Assembly: GCF_023055435.1 (NCBI RefSeq)
Contig: NW_025964223.1
Location: forward strand, 58,466,001 to 58,530,000
Direction: 5' to 3'
Length of the DNA: 64,000 nucleotides
DNA from: Haliotis rufescens
Taxonomy: Eukaryota
Below, piece after piece: positions 14,424 through 28,282 of the stretch. Within the stretch, counting starts at the first letter, position 1. Each line of letters opens with the position of its first letter. The position numbers and the translations under genes are program-made. The notes under the pieces are model-generated. The model searched no databases, was not told where the DNA came from, and saw only the letters and a program-made list of their open reading frames with translations.

Positions 14424-14748
14424 ATCATCATCATCATCATCATCGTCATCATCATCACCATCATCGTCATCATCATCATTATCATCATCATCATCATCAT
14501 CATCATCGCCATAATTATCACATTTTCAATGACCAACAACCCACCCCATCTCCCTCTATAAATGCCATGATCATCAATGTTTTATGGATGCTGGAGACTT
14601 TGGCAATGGTTATGATTCGTTTGATGATGATAATGATGACGATGACGATGATGATGATGATGATGACGACGACGACGATGATGATGATGATGATGATGAT
14701 TATGACAACGACGATGATGATTATGATGATGATGACGACGACGATTAT
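14424..14748. repeat. (CAT)n and (GAT)n microsatellites in inverted arrangement
   Basis: Direct inspection. Confidence 0.9.
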
Positions 14749-15960
14749 TGTCGTTTCCATATCTGCACTTATATAGATATGCTCAAAGAATTGTTTGATT
14801 TTGTACCCATATCCATAACAACCAGAGTCATTGTAAAACTAGCTCCTCACGTTTACTCTTTACTCCACACCAAACACCCCCCGGTAACCTGTTGACAGCT
14901 CGAGTCACAGATAGTAATATCAAGTAACTCACAACCATCGACAAATACCTAAAACATGTTTCAAACAACCCCAGCACACATCACTACGGGCACGTTCGAG
15001 AGTCATCAAGATTACTTCATCTGTGAAGGGCAAGACAATGATGGCAATGACACCATCCGTGGTAAACTTAGCCAGAGTACTGATTTCACAGTTGACCTAC
15101 ATACGTAAGCACTACACAACTTAGGATACCTCGGAGAGCACTCTGACCTGTCTCTAGACGGACTTAAAGTCCTACACAACACATACTTCGAAGCAACACA
15201 ATTATAGATTCTATGAAATTAGGAAAAAGGAGGTCCTACCTGCAATGCATAACATCCCTTGAAGTATGATGAGGAGGCTAAGGTGCATCATTTCGCTTTA
15301 ATAACAATGTGCACATTCCAAGATGAAAGTCCTACAACTGCGAACAGTCGGTCACACTCGCGAGCGTCGTGGCTTGTCTAATTGAATGTTGGCAAGCAGG
15401 AGGTCGCAGCACTGCGAGAGACGAGGAAGAAGCTCGTTATCCGCCAATCGCTAGCGCAGACGACAAGAGCTCTCGTAGCGAGCCAGCTCTCAGAGCAGAC
15501 GTCAAATTTTGACGAATTTCTTCTTCTAATCGGTTAATTCAAATGCATCAATGCAACGCCTGGAAGAAAGTTAACCGAATGGAACCACGCTTCAAATTTA
15601 AACTAAATGTAGAGGAGAACTGGGTTAACGGCGGAGCTAGATAATATTTTATTTTTGACATATCGAGAGATAATTTCTTAGCTGGTTCAATATATGTGTG
15701 ATAGTAATAAGATATCTTCGCTCATGCACTTACTGCAACGTTTAATACAAGTTTAATGTATATATTGATTTGTGTGATTCCTTTACGCGTAAAAGTAGTT
15801 TAGAGTAAATTGACGTTTCCCGGTCAGAGCAGGTATGTGAAGAACTTGAAATAGATCCTCGGCTGTCCGGCTCCATGCCATTTAAAGTTGATTGTGTATG
15901 GTGCTGGTGTGTAAGAATGTGTCTCTTAGCTCTTGTTTTACTGTTTTGTTCTCACGTGAC

Positions 15961-16128
15961 GGGGGGCGGTCGGGTAGCCTAGTGGTTAAAGCGTCCGCTC
16001 GTCACGCCGAAGACCCGGGTTCGATTCCCGACATTGGTACAATGTGTGAAGCCCATTTCTGGTGTCCCCCGCCGTGATATTGCTGGAATATTGCTAAACG
16101 CGGCGTAAAACCAAACTCACTCACTCAC
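15961..16128 (+). mobile_element. SINE family A
   Basis: A box gtagcctagtggttaa, B box ggttcgattcc, (ACTC)n tail, TSD ctcacgtgac. Confidence 0.92.
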
Positions 16129-16219
16129 GTGACGGGATATATACCCGAGTGACATGAATATCGGCCTTAAAAAACCGACTCCTGTTTCCAGCGACCGCGT
16201 GTTATGTCATGATTCTTTA

Positions 16220-17060
16220 AATTGGTTCACGGATCCACCGACTATTTATGTGAAATATATTAAAATAACTATCTTAAAAGCACCACTTTTGTATTCCGCC
16301 GACTGCAAACATACATATTCCCAGCAATGTGCATACAATGCATTAAACAGAAAGTACAACAAGACCGTCTTCATAAACACTTTATGCATGGCAACGTAAT
16401 ACTTCAAGAACAAAACATACACACCTGACGTAATCACAAAAAAACAGTAAAGCAAAGAATTTTTTTTAAACTCTGCACAATCGGAGATATATTGCTGGAT
16501 CAACCAAATCTCCAGTTAATAGTCAAATAGCCAATTCTTATCCACTGAATTACCAATCTGAACTGACGTTAAAGACACCATAGAAACTGCCTCGTCCGGT
16601 TCATATTTACATCTAAGAAGGTGACAAAAATGTCCACAAGACTTCAACTTTCCAATAGTCAACGTTCCCTCTATGTCGAGCAATATTCCAGTAGCTCCAG
16701 TCCTTGCTGTCAACATTCCACAACTTTTGAGGTACAATCGAGCATGCTCTTTCTACGAGCTTTCAAAGAGTGTTATGCGACTCTTACTCTTAACTCAAGG
16801 TTCAGTAAAATTGTCAAAACGTTTTGTTGTAGACGGAGTCATCTTTCATAATTTGATACATCAGTGACAATGATGATGTCCGATGCAATTTCGTTTTGTC
16901 TAATACCCTATGTTCTCGTGTTTGTTTAGGTGAACCCTTGACGTGCCGTTGCAAGTGTTTGTGACCAGTCACCTGTGGGGCAGGATACCCTTACTATTTC
17001 GCGAACCCCTAGTATCATCACAATTTGAGATTCTTTTCATGTAATAAGTGTGAATAATGT
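16220..17060 (+). mobile_element. Penelope-like (probably Naiad-type, C-terminal RT) 3' fragment
   Basis: DFNFPIVNVPSMSSNIPVAP...QLLRYNRACS thumb-region motif, ORF ends with no downstream endonuclease, then the conserved gtggggcaggata...tttcgcgaac 3' motif. Confidence 0.75.
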
Positions 17061-17329
17061 ATCAGGTATATTCATAAGTGTTCTTCAGGTGAGCTTTAGT
17101 TGTATCTTTGATTTTTTTTCCTTGATCTTATTTAACCATTTATACCCCTGGGTGTCCTTACAGTCAGGATAGCTACGTAGTTCCTATATAGTCTCACACA
17201 TAGGAAAAATTATATAATATGAAATGCTATTGTGTACATTTCTTTCGTTTGTGGGAACTATATATTGTTGTGATAGAGAAGGTAGCACTTATTTAAATTT
17301 TACGTCAAAGCCAGAGAACAATTAGTCGC

Positions 17330-17735
17330 GATTACCCGAAACAGATTCAGGTACATCGTAAATATCACAACACTGGTGATAATTATATGAATGGAGGAAT
17401 GACTTCAACTTTCCAATAGTCAACGTTCCCTTCATGTCGAGCAATATTCCTGCAGCTCCAGCTCTTGGTGTCTACATTTCGCAACTTTTGACGTACACTC
17501 GAGCATGATCTTTCTGCCAAGATTTAAAAGAGCGTCACACCACTCTTGCTCAGAAGCCGTTTGACATGAAGTTACAACATTCGTGGCCTCAATGTGGCTT
17601 TCAGAAGGTTTTATGTGGAGGAGATTTCCAAATTTGACGCATCAGTGAAAATAATCATACATGGATAGGATATGCAGGATATGCTCACCTTTTCGCGAAC
17701 ACCTGTCATCATTACTATAGTGATTCATAGACACA
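17330..17735 (+). mobile_element. Second Penelope-like 3' fragment
   Basis: gacttcaactttccaatagtcaacgttccc shared with 16641-16670; same 3' motif near 17675-17720. Confidence 0.7.
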
Positions 17736-17741
17736 TGCTCA

Positions 17742-19275
17742 TGACGGGGCACATTCCGCCCAATAACCCCTATAGGAAGGCAGGCACGGACAAATGGGGG
17801 CACATTCTGGCCAGGAACCCCTACGGGAAGGCAGGCACGGACAAATGGGGGCACATTCTGTCCAGGAACCGCTACAGGAAGGCAGGCACGGACAAATGGG
17901 GGCACATTCTGCCCAGGAACCCCTATGGGAGGCAGGCACGGACAAATGGGGGCACATTCTGCCAAGGAACCCCTACGGGAAGGCAGGCACGGACAAATGG
18001 GGGCACATTCTGTCCAGGAACCGCTACAGGAAGGCAGGCAGGGACAAATGGGGGCACATTCTGCCTAGGAACCCCTACGGGAAGGCAGGCACTGACAAAT
18101 GGGGGCACATTCTGCCCTGGATCCCCTACAGGAAGGCAGGCACGGACAAATCGGGGCACATTCTGCCCTGGAACCCCTACGGGAAGGCAGGCACGGACAA
18201 ATGGGGGCACATTCTGCCCTGGATCCCCTACAGGAAGGCAGGCACGGACAAATGGGGGCACATTCTGCCCAGGAACCCCTATGGGAGGCAGGCACGGACA
18301 AATGGGGGCACATTCTGCCCAGGAACCCCTATGGGAGGCAGGCACGGACAAATGGGGGCACATTCTGCCCAGGAACCCCTATGGGAGGCAGGCACGGACA
18401 AATGGGGGCACATTCTGCCCTGGATCGCCTACAGGAAGGCAGGCACGGACAAATGGGGGCACATTCTGCCCAGGAACCCCTATGGGAGGCAGGCACGGAC
18501 AAATGGGGGCACATTCTGGCCAGGAACCCCTATGGGAGGCAGGCACGGACAAATGGGGGCACATTCTGGCCAGGAACCCCTATGGGAGGCAGGCACGGAC
18601 AAATGGGGGCACATTCTGCCCAGGAACCCCTATGGGAGGCAGGCACGGACAAATGGGGGCACATTCTAGCCAGGAACCCCTATGGGAGGCAGGCACGGAC
18701 AAATGGGGGCACATTCTGTCCAGGAACCCCTATGGGAGGCAGGCACGGACAAATGGGGGCACATTCTGCCCACGAACCCCTACAGGAAGACAGGCATGGA
18801 CAAATGGGGGCACATTCTGCCCTGGAACCCCTACAGGAAGGCAGGCACGGACAAATGGGGGCACATTCTGTCCAGGAACCGCTACAGGAAGGCAGGCACG
18901 GACAAATGGGGGCACATTCTGTCCAGGAACCGCTACAGGAAGGCAGGCACGGACAAATGGGGGCACATTCTGCCCAGGAACCCCTATGGGAGGCAGGCAC
19001 GGACAAATGGGGGCACATTCTGCCTAGGAACCGCTACAGGAAGGCAGGCACGGACAAATGGGGGCACATTCTGTCCAGGAACCGCTACAGGAAGGCAGGC
19101 ACGGACACATGGGGGCACATTCTGTCCAGGAACCCCTACAGGAAGGCAGGCACGGACAAATGGGGGCACATTCTGCCCTGGAACCCCTACAGGAAGGCAG
19201 GCACGGACAAATGGGGGCACATTCTGCCCTGGAACCCCTACAGGAAGGCAGGCATGAAAAACTAGGGGCACATTC
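17742..19275. repeat. 50/51-bp GC-rich minisatellite, about 30 copies
   Basis: ggcaggcacggacaaatgggggcacattctgcccaggaacccctacaggaa. Confidence 0.97.
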
Positions 19276-19859
19276 TTCGGGAAGACAAGCTGGAGAGGAG
19301 TACCCTTTGTGGGGCACCATCAGATCTAACACTGTGCTGCCTTGGCATCCAATGCAGCAGCCAATCAATGAATATAAATGCTTCAATATCTAAATGTTTC
19401 AGGACACCAAATTGTTATAGCGTCAAATGGTGTGACTCTCGGGATACACATCACTGACGATATCAGGTGACATTTGACGTGTGATGGAATTATCCGCCCA
19501 TGGATTACATACCCCACGTTCTCGGGTTCTACCGTTGTGACTGACGTTTCGTAATGTCATTTGTTCATTAATCAATGAACTTACAGTCAGGTTTATACTC
19601 CGTGAAGCGTGCGTCCTCGAGATTTGACATCCGACTGACGCTAACAGCCCTGATACGTAAACTCAAAATTGAGTTAATGGTGATCTTCTCGCAGCCAGAT
19701 TCAGTTGATTCGACTTCAACAATTGAATCGTATGCATCACTTTGCCACGTCAAGTCACAGCTTCATGTACAGCGGGACAATCTATAGCTTGACGTGTTTG
19801 TGTGATAGTATTACATTTAGTTATTTAGTTATAATGTTATTTACCAAAATACAATTTTG

Positions 19860-20290
19860 TTCTTAAAAACGTTTAAACAACGACTTAAAGATATGTATAT
19901 TGCCAAGGCTGGCCAGCTGACATAAGACGTTCAACAAATCTTCATGCCTAGTCTATGTTTAAGATGGATATAATGCTAGATATATATTTAACTACTATTC
20001 CATCTGTATGTTAACGCAGATGTTTAACGTTCAGATGTGGTATCCATACTCTTAATATACACTTATACAGACATTCCAAAGATAATAACAGGGATTTGTA
20101 CTTACTGCAAATGTTACCAAGTAGATAAATACCATGAGTTATTGATATGTCCAGTATATAAAGAACCAAATACCTGCCTCACTGTTATTATACGTATCCA
20201 ACACAACGAGAATTTATACAGTTATTGAACAGCAAAAATAGCCACATTCTTCTCCGACTTGCAATTGTTGTTAATAACATATTTGAATGA
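19860..20290 (+). mobile_element. LINE ORF2 C-terminal remnant
   Basis: Degenerate FKQRLKD...ICTYC...VDKYHELLICPVYKE (CCHC-like zinc knuckle of non-LTR ORF2). Confidence 0.6.
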
Positions 20291-22290
20291 AAGATGACAC
20301 ATTGAATATTATTACGACTCAAATGTGTACATCTATTCAGATCCAATATACAAGTGGTGCTCCACGAAGAATTTTCCCACAACAAAATGTCATTTTACAA
20401 TTGCACTCATGACCTCATATACGAAATAAATCTTGTTTACCAAATGTATTACACAATTTCTTTAATCCAGCAATATAAAGAAACGGATGAACAGGAGCAG
20501 TCACCCAGACAGTGACAGACGCGCGCAGCCTCGCACATTCTTCCTCGTGAAGATACATCATGAGTCAATGTCCGGCCTTGGCGAGCTCTGATTCAGTGCC
20601 GTGTTGTTGACCAACTCTGGCCGAGAAGGTTGACTTGGCATGAATCATTATGAATCATGCTGATTCAAGGATTTCTCAAAATGTATTAAAATTACAATGA
20701 TATTTGGTTGGTGAAGATTTATGTCCATAGAACCGTTGCAGGTATTAACGTGATGTTGTCCCGTCTTTAGAAACGTTCTACAATGAAAAACGAGTGTTGG
20801 ACGGAAAATATAAGAAGCAAACATTGTTAGTCGGCAAAGTACGCAGCTGATCATGATAACATTTGCAGTTTATGTTGTTGAGTAGAAAATACAGATATAC
20901 TGCGATGTCTCCAGACTGTCTGTAGAAAGACTTCGATTTCTAATGACGATGACACACAATCAGCCGTCGGGGGACGCTGATACACAAACAACCAGCTCAT
21001 CACACAACACAAGTTCCTAAAGATAGGAATTAAACTACCAACGGACATTCAGAATACATACTCCGTGTACTAAATGATATCCTTCTTGTTCACTAGGAGT
21101 TGGAGAGCTCAAAAGCTCAACATGGCTCTCGTGATACGCTTTTAAATTTGGGAAAGGAAATGCTAAAAGCCTCCTATTTACTACCGATTTCTGCCTTAGT
21201 GTCATAGAGTTGAAATTCAGAACCATTTTCCAAATGGAATACGAGATTAATTTTGAGCTTTGGGGTTTCCATTTTTTTAATTATAAATATGGAATGCTGA
21301 ATAGTCAAGCTTCAGTGCGTGGTAGCATCCCGATGTTCTCTGATTGACATTTTCCACTAAAAGGATCCCTTGGTTTCTACTGACTTCACGAAGCACCAGT
21401 GAGGATGAAGTATAGATTCTTTATGAACAGCCAGTATCAGCAGCTCGTTCTCCAAACCAGGGCGATTCCAAGGTCATGTGGGATATATGGCTTAAGTTGG
21501 GTGTCGACCTGCTAAAAAGAGAATCTGGTCGAAATAGTTCACCCACATTGAGCCTGCACGCCATGACATAGCTGAACTTCAGTTCAAAGTAAAAGGAGGC
21601 ATGGAGTGGCCATACATATACAGTTAATCGAAATGTTCGCGGCCTGACATACAAAATCGTTCAGAATCAAAACTGTTCATTACATTATATTTTTTACAAT
21701 AATCGGATTATTATATAATCTCNNNNNNNNNNNNNNNNNNNNNNNNNNNNNNNNNNNNNNNNNNNNNNNNNNNNNNNNNNNNNNNNNNNNNNNNNNNNNN
21801 NNNNNNNNNNNNNNNNNNNNNNNNNNNNNNNNNNNNNNNNNNNNNNNNNNNNNNNNNNNNNNNNNNNNNNNNNNNNNNNAAGAGTTAGATAGAAGTGATT
21901 CTTAGCCCCAATGTGCAGCTGCTACCATTACCAGTCCTTATGTCCTTATGTCCTTATGTCCCTATACAGAAGGGCACCTGGGCGGAGATTTCACCTTGTT
22001 AACTCTCAACCGACGTAGTTCTGTGGCATAGGTGTGTCTATTGATACTGTGACCTCGTTGTAGAGAGCAAGTCATGATTATCCACTTCCTGTCCCCGAAA
22101 ACCAAAGCTCTGACCTTGCTTGCTGACGTCACAGGTGCAGGTACTAAATCTCAGATCTAATCTTAGTTGCCGCCATATCGCAGTTTCTCCCACCCCTAGT
22201 TGTCTACTCAGTACAGATGCACTTTCCAGTTGGAAAATGGCTTCCCGGAGGTGATATGATATTATATCATAATAAATTAGAGAGAGAGAG

Positions 22291-22570
22291 ATTTGTTTGT
22301 TTGTTTGTTGTTTCACGCCGCACTCAGCAATATTCCAGCTATATGACGGAGGTCTGTAAATAATCGAGTCTAGACCTGATAATCCAGTGATTAATATCAT
22401 GAGCATCGATCCACGCAATTGGGATCGATGACATGCATCAACCAAGTCAGCGAGCCTGACCACCCGAACCTGTTAGTCACCTTTTACGACATAGACTAAC
22501 AAGCATAGTCACCTTTTACGGCAAGCATGGGTTGCTGAAGACCTATTCTACCCCGGAATCTTCACGGGTC
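22291..22570 (-). mobile_element. SINE-like family B inserted in (AG)n
   Basis: Full-length match; AG repeats on both sides. Confidence 0.88.
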
Positions 22571-22594
22571 AGAGAGAGAGAGAGAAAGAGAGCG

Positions 22595-22626
<32 letters not shown>

Positions 22627-23170
22627 CTCTAAAAATCAGGACCGTTTGCGATATACGTATTTGTTGAGGGAGTCAGGGGTCAAGAAGAACCACAGATATT
22701 TTACGAGCGCTTTGATGAATATCAGTTGCGGTTGAAAGAGTGTGTGTTTGATTCTACAGGAATAACGTTAAACTTGAATCCCGAACTTTGACCTTGTCTG
22801 TTGGGCTAGACATGCGTAAAAGAACTTTACCTGGTCAGTTGGTCTGTTTTCTGGTCAGCCTGTTAAAGCAGAGTATGATATTATTACATAATCAGAAGCA
22901 ATATGTGTCATGGATGTACATGTACACGGAAGTGCAATCTATAATAGCTGAAATCAGATCTTTGTGTTCACGGGAGCGAGTACTAAGATCTAATTTTAGC
23001 GAGATTGATTAAAGTGGTTCCGTCGTTTCTTTCTTGCACGTTGATAAACCTGTCAACGGATGCTTATACCCTTAATACTTGCAATGTGTCAAGCACTAAG
23101 ATCTTAGATTAATGCAAGTGGTTCCTTTTCCTTAAACGGTGGGGGCGATGTACTTGGGAGAGGGGAAAAG

Positions 23171-23533
23171 GGGAGACACGTGTGGCCCAGTCGTCTAAGG
23201 TGCCGCAATTCGCTGTGCAGAGTTGCGTCCCTTGGACACGCCAGAAACCTATGATCGTCGGTTCGGATCACGGGGTCAGTCCACAAAGCGATCGTTGTGT
23301 AACTCTCGTACATAAACATAGATTTGTGACAGTTGTAGCCTAAGATCGCTTTGGGGAACCGGGCTCAGGTTTGCCCTGATTACGTTTCTAGGTCTGTCAG
23401 CACCATACCGGTGCTCATGGGTTTCACCAAAATGGTAAACGTCCAAGACCTGCCTCATACCACAGTGAGCTGACGCCCCGTGATATAACTTGAATACTGG
23501 AATACTAATAGGCGTTAAACCCAACTCACTCAC
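23171..23533 (+). mobile_element. SINE family C (tRNA-Leu/Ser-like head, V-domain-like core) with MITE insertion
   Basis: gtggcccagtcgtctaagg A box; (ACTC)n tail. Confidence 0.8.
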
Positions 23534-25077
23534 TATAAAAGGGATACTATCGCTTTTATCTTACACGTTGATGCCACTGTATCTGTAAATCTCCTAACTG
23601 ATATTTGTATTCCTTTATACTTGCTACGTGGATGGGTTTCGTATCTAATAGAACAAAGTCAATATTAAGCCAGTTATTATATTGGAAATCAAAGAAAATA
23701 GAATATGTATTGAAGTGAATCTTGTTTTGAAGTAAATGGTTTACCTGTTGTTCTAGCTTATTCCAAAATTCCTCGGTAGTCCCTCATTCTGAATAAACAT
23801 GTTTTAAATTTTCTTCAGAAGTTTATTATCTTTCATTCCATGGTATCCCTTGTTAGTAAAAAGTATCTCGTATAGACCTGAAATTCCAAGAGCGTTATGT
23901 CTCTACTGCATTTGTTCTACTGGATAACTTCACTGCTCCGTGAAATGTTGCTGTTGTTGTTCTTGTTCTTGTTTTTGGTTTTTTTTTATTTCCCACTTTA
24001 GACAACCCGTGGGTAAGTCATTGTTGATATCTACAGCATGGAATCATCTCCATCGGTCTTTGGATGAATGCAATTAAGAACGATAACTCCTTGAACAATT
24101 ATATGAGGAATGTAAGTTCCGAAGCGTATTATCACTTTCCAAAGCGTAGGAATGATTACATCTCACATTCTTGAAAATTCTACGATAAATGTGGGAAAGG
24201 CTTGATTCTTGTTGGTCAATCAGAGGTATCGGTATCAAATCACAATACACACCCCTGATTGAAACAACCGATATGGCGACAGTGATGAATATTAACAGAA
24301 AAGTACTCATTGTCAATGTCAGTAGGCATAATTAAATATACACAATAATAGGGATAAAATGCAGATTTGCGGGAGGTATAATATCTAAAGTATGGGTCAC
24401 AATATATTTTGGGCAGGAAACATGATTGAAAACAACTGAGAGAGTGTATTTCAAGTTTTGGTGAAATTAGAGGGTTTGAAATTTTTGGCCTGTCTGCAGC
24501 TTACTGTGACTAAATAGTGACTAAACCTTGCAAGGTTTCCGATATAACACCCGTCTACTTTTGAATAAAAGCAGTTTATCAAGATGTAGGTTTCAGTTGT
24601 TTGAACTACTTCCGGTTCCGGTACGGCTCCAAACAATACCACTTGTGTATTCCACTTATAAATAAATACTGATACCCAGCTGAATATACTGATTTGAACA
24701 TGTTAGTTAAAAGCCAAACTATTTTTGCTTATTCGAGTACAGAATTAGACTAGCTGTAACATAGTTCTGTAACATTCACTGCTGGGAGGAATTCTACACT
24801 GCACAATCAGTAGCAGTGGTTGAGAAAGCGCACATGTTTCACACTGTGTTATCAATCGATGTGCATCCCACGGGAGATAACTCTCCTTGCCTTAGTCTCC
24901 CTGCATCGTCAAAATCCATCACACAACGGTTGACACTATCACGCCAGTGCAAGCTATGACATTACAAGTATGGTAAGCCGTGAAATTGCAAGTGTGGTAA
25001 GCTATGACATTACAAGTATGGTAAGCCGTGAAATTACAAGTGTTGTAAGCTGTGATATAACAAGTATGGTAAAAAAA

Positions 25078-25339
25078 GACGATGCAGGTTAGAATACGTC
25101 TTCAGCAACCAATTCTTGCCGCAAAAGTCGACTATGCTTGCCGAAAAAGGCGACTATGCTTGCCGTAAAAGGCGACTAACGGGATCGGGTGGTCAGGCTC
25201 GCTGACTTGATGATGCAATTGCGTGGATTGATGCTCATGATGTTAATCACTGGTTTGTCTGGTTCAGACTCGATTATTTACAGACAGCCGTCATGTAGCT
25301 GGAATATTGCTGCGTGCGGCGTTTAACAACAAACAAACA
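25078..25339 (+). mobile_element. SINE-like family B (three hairpin copies)
   Basis: Consensus match. Confidence 0.8.
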
Positions 25340-25989
25340 GAACATACATGTAGTTTCACTAACAGACGTGACTGGCGGGGGTGCACATCACTACGCACAT
25401 GCAACATACGTTAGGACATCGTCAACGCTAAGGAGCTATACAAGTTTCTGTCTCGTGTTTAGAATGCAGGGTGCCGTTGTAGAAAGCGATCTTTGCGCTA
25501 AGGTGATCGTAACTCCCATACCATGAAATAGACTTAAGCCAGTCGTAGCGCTAAGGTTGTTTTGCACAACGGCACCCAGGAGTGTCCCACATCTTCACAA
25601 GTGGTTCACTCGGCCGCTGTAGGCCGTGCTGACATAGGTGGCGGCTGTACCTGCTATCTCCAGTAAACATGATAGCTAATCAGCTCGTTTGTGACTGATA
25701 GCTGACAAGGTCATCCAGAAATTATGTTCACCATCAAGCCACAGCAGGCATGCGACAAAACCTANNNNNNNNNNNNNNNNNNNNNNNNNNNNNNNNNNNN
25801 NNNNNNNNNNNNNNNNNNNNNNNNNNNNNNNNNNNNNNNNNNNNNNNNNNNNNNNNNNNNNNNNNNNNNNNNNNNNNNNNNNNNNNNNNNNNNNNNNNNN
25901 NNNNNNNNNNNNNNNNNNNNNNNNNNNNCGTGTATAACCTATCGTGTCTAAAAGACGACAAATTTCATGGTTGATGCTGGTAGACAACC

Positions 25990-26450
25990 ATAAACCTTAA
26001 TACAATGTCCTCTATATTCACAGAAAGTATTTTAGACGAGTGGAGGTAAAGCAATGATCTTTTGCAATCTCAGAAACGAACCATGTTTAAATCTCTCAAA
26101 ACAGTTGATTGTTCAACTTTGTACACCACTCCTATGATCCATGGGGCTTTTGTCACTAAATATCTCTTTATTCAGAGGTTCAAAGCAATTTGTCAAAAAT
26201 TATAGCAAATGTTATTTGGAGTTTACTGAAGAAACACGTGAAGTGCTGGACTTCCTCATAGAAAACATATATGTGACCTTTGAGGGTAAGACGTTTAGGT
26301 AAGAAGTAGGCATCCCCATGGGCACCAACTGTGCTCCCCTTCTTTCTGATCTGTTTCTTCATGCATATGAATCGGAATTTCTGCTCGGGTTCGCAAAACA
26401 AGGGAACTTGGCCAAGACGACAAACTTAAGATTCAGGAAAACCGATTTTA
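25990..26450 (+). mobile_element. Penelope-like element reverse transcriptase fragment (degenerate)
   Basis: FLIENIYVTFEGKTFR*EVGIPMGTNCAPLLSDLFLHAYESEFL is a PLE RT motif; in-frame stop. Confidence 0.85.
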
Positions 26451-26687
26451 TAATTATTATTTGTATTATTAATTTTCATGAAATATGTTGTTTTTTGTCA
26501 GGTATTTAGCCACAATTACACATACATGATCTTACCTCATCACGTGGCTGGAGGTGCGAAGGCAGGGTCCTATTGCAAAGTGCGACATACAAATAGAACA
26601 TTAAACATTATAGCTAGTTAATGAATGTTCAAACATTATTTAACAAGAGATTATGATCATTGTGCTCATATTATTCTAAAACATGTA

Positions 26688-26965
26688 GGGGGCACGGGTG
26701 GCCGTGTCGTCCAAGGCGCCCCGATTCGCTGTGCAGAGTTGCGTCCCTTTGGCGCGCCAGAAACCTATGATTGTTGGTTCGAATCCCGGTTCACCGCGAT
26801 TATGTTTCTAGGTTTGTTAGCACCATACCCGTGCTGGTGGGTTTCACCGAAGTGGTAAACGTCTAAGACCTGCATCACTTCGGGCTTTCCTCCCACATTA
26901 AGCTGACACGCCGTGATATAACTGGAATACTGTTAAAAGCGGCGTTAAACCTAACTCACTCACTC
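26688..26965 (+). mobile_element. SINE family C
   Basis: A box, ggttcgaatcc B box, gggtttc..ctttcctcccaca, shared tail. Confidence 0.9.
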
Positions 26966-26969
26966 TAAT

Positions 26970-27345
26970 ATGTTAAAGTGTTCTGACAATTCCTTTACAA
27001 AATGTTCGATGTGGCAGTTGCCTTTGGCAAATGCAATTCCTTATTTTGACCTGTATGCGTTCCCGTGTTTTTTCAGTGAACAATAGACATGCCTTTGCAT
27101 ATGTCTGTGACGGGTGCCACAAGTGGGGCAGGATACGCTCACCTTTTCACGAACACCTGGGCCCACTTGCACAAAGCGATCTTAGCGCTAAGACTATTGT
27201 AAGCCTATGTTAAAGTATGGGAGTTACGATCATCTTAGCGCTAAGATCGCTTTGTGCAATAGGGCCCTGGTCTCATAACTATCTTATATTAATTCATAAA
27301 CACGTGCTCATGACACAGTCGGAATTGTTTAGTCGACTCTGAATT
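26970..27345 (+). mobile_element. Penelope-like 3' fragment interrupted by a MITE
   Basis: Same 3' motif; MITE inserted at 27160-27266. Confidence 0.65.
27160..27266. mobile_element. Short PIF/Harbinger-like MITE (related copies near 23272-23365, 25468-25578, 51692-51806)
   Basis: GGCCC..TTGCACAAAGCGATCTTAGCGCTAAG inverted ends, 3-bp CTG duplication. Confidence 0.65.
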
Positions 27346-27377
27346 TAGAAGATTTTTTTTGTTATGAATATGGAAAG

Positions 27378-27602
27378 GTGAGTGAGTGAGTTGGGTTTAA
27401 CGCCGCTTTTAACAGTATTCTAGGTATATCGCTGCGGAGGAAAGCCCGAAGTGATGCAGGTCTCAGACGTTTACCACTTGGGTGAAACCAAAGAGCACGG
27501 GTATGTTGCTGACAAACCTAGAAACATAATCGGGGCGAACCGGGATTCGAACCCACAATCATAGGTTTCTGGCGTGCCAAAGGGACGCAACTCTGCACAG
27601 CG
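27378..27602 (-). mobile_element. SINE family C, truncated
   Basis: Consensus match. Confidence 0.83.
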
Positions 27603-27914
27603 AGAATATGGAAAGGGTTTTGTCACTTTTACTTGAATATTTGAATTGTAATAATGACTTTGATCCTCCATTACTCATCAAAATGATTTCTAGCTACACA
27701 TACCTTGGTATGTTGATAGATCAGAAAGATAACCAGTATGATGTTTATCGCTCACAAAATGGATATTTCTTGAAAAGCCTAGTTTGCAATATTTATCATT
27801 TTTGGTCGTCAGATTGGCTTTTTTTGTGATTTTAAGTATTGGAAAACATGCCGCTATCTTCGTTTATTAATAATCGCTGCATTTCGTGATTCTATTAAAG
27901 GTGGCGAGGACTAT

Positions 27915-28250
27915 AATATTGCTAATATCGCTAATATCACAAGTATTGCTAATATCACAAGTATCACTGATATCGCTGTGTCACAAGTATGGCTAATATC
28001 GTTAATATCACACGTATCGCTAATCCCGCTAATACCCAAAGTATTGCTAAAATAGCAAATATCCCAAGTATTGCTGATATCCTAAGTATTGCCAGTATCG
28101 CTATAATCACAAGAATGGCTAATATCGTTAATATCACAGGTATCGCTAATATCGCTGATATCACAAGTATTGCTAATAGCGCTAATATAACAAGTATTGC
28201 TTATATCACAAGTATCGATAATATCACTGTATCACAAGTATCGATAATAT
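27915..28250. repeat. Degenerate 9/27-bp AT-rich tandem repeat
   Basis: atatcgcta / atatcacaagtattgcta. Confidence 0.85.
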
Positions 28251-28282
28251 AGCTGATGTCGCCCTCAACGCCCACTATTGCC

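Noticed and set aside
17672-19393. ORFs of 290-450 aa
   Set aside because: Products of the 50/51-bp minisatellite, open in several frames on both strands.
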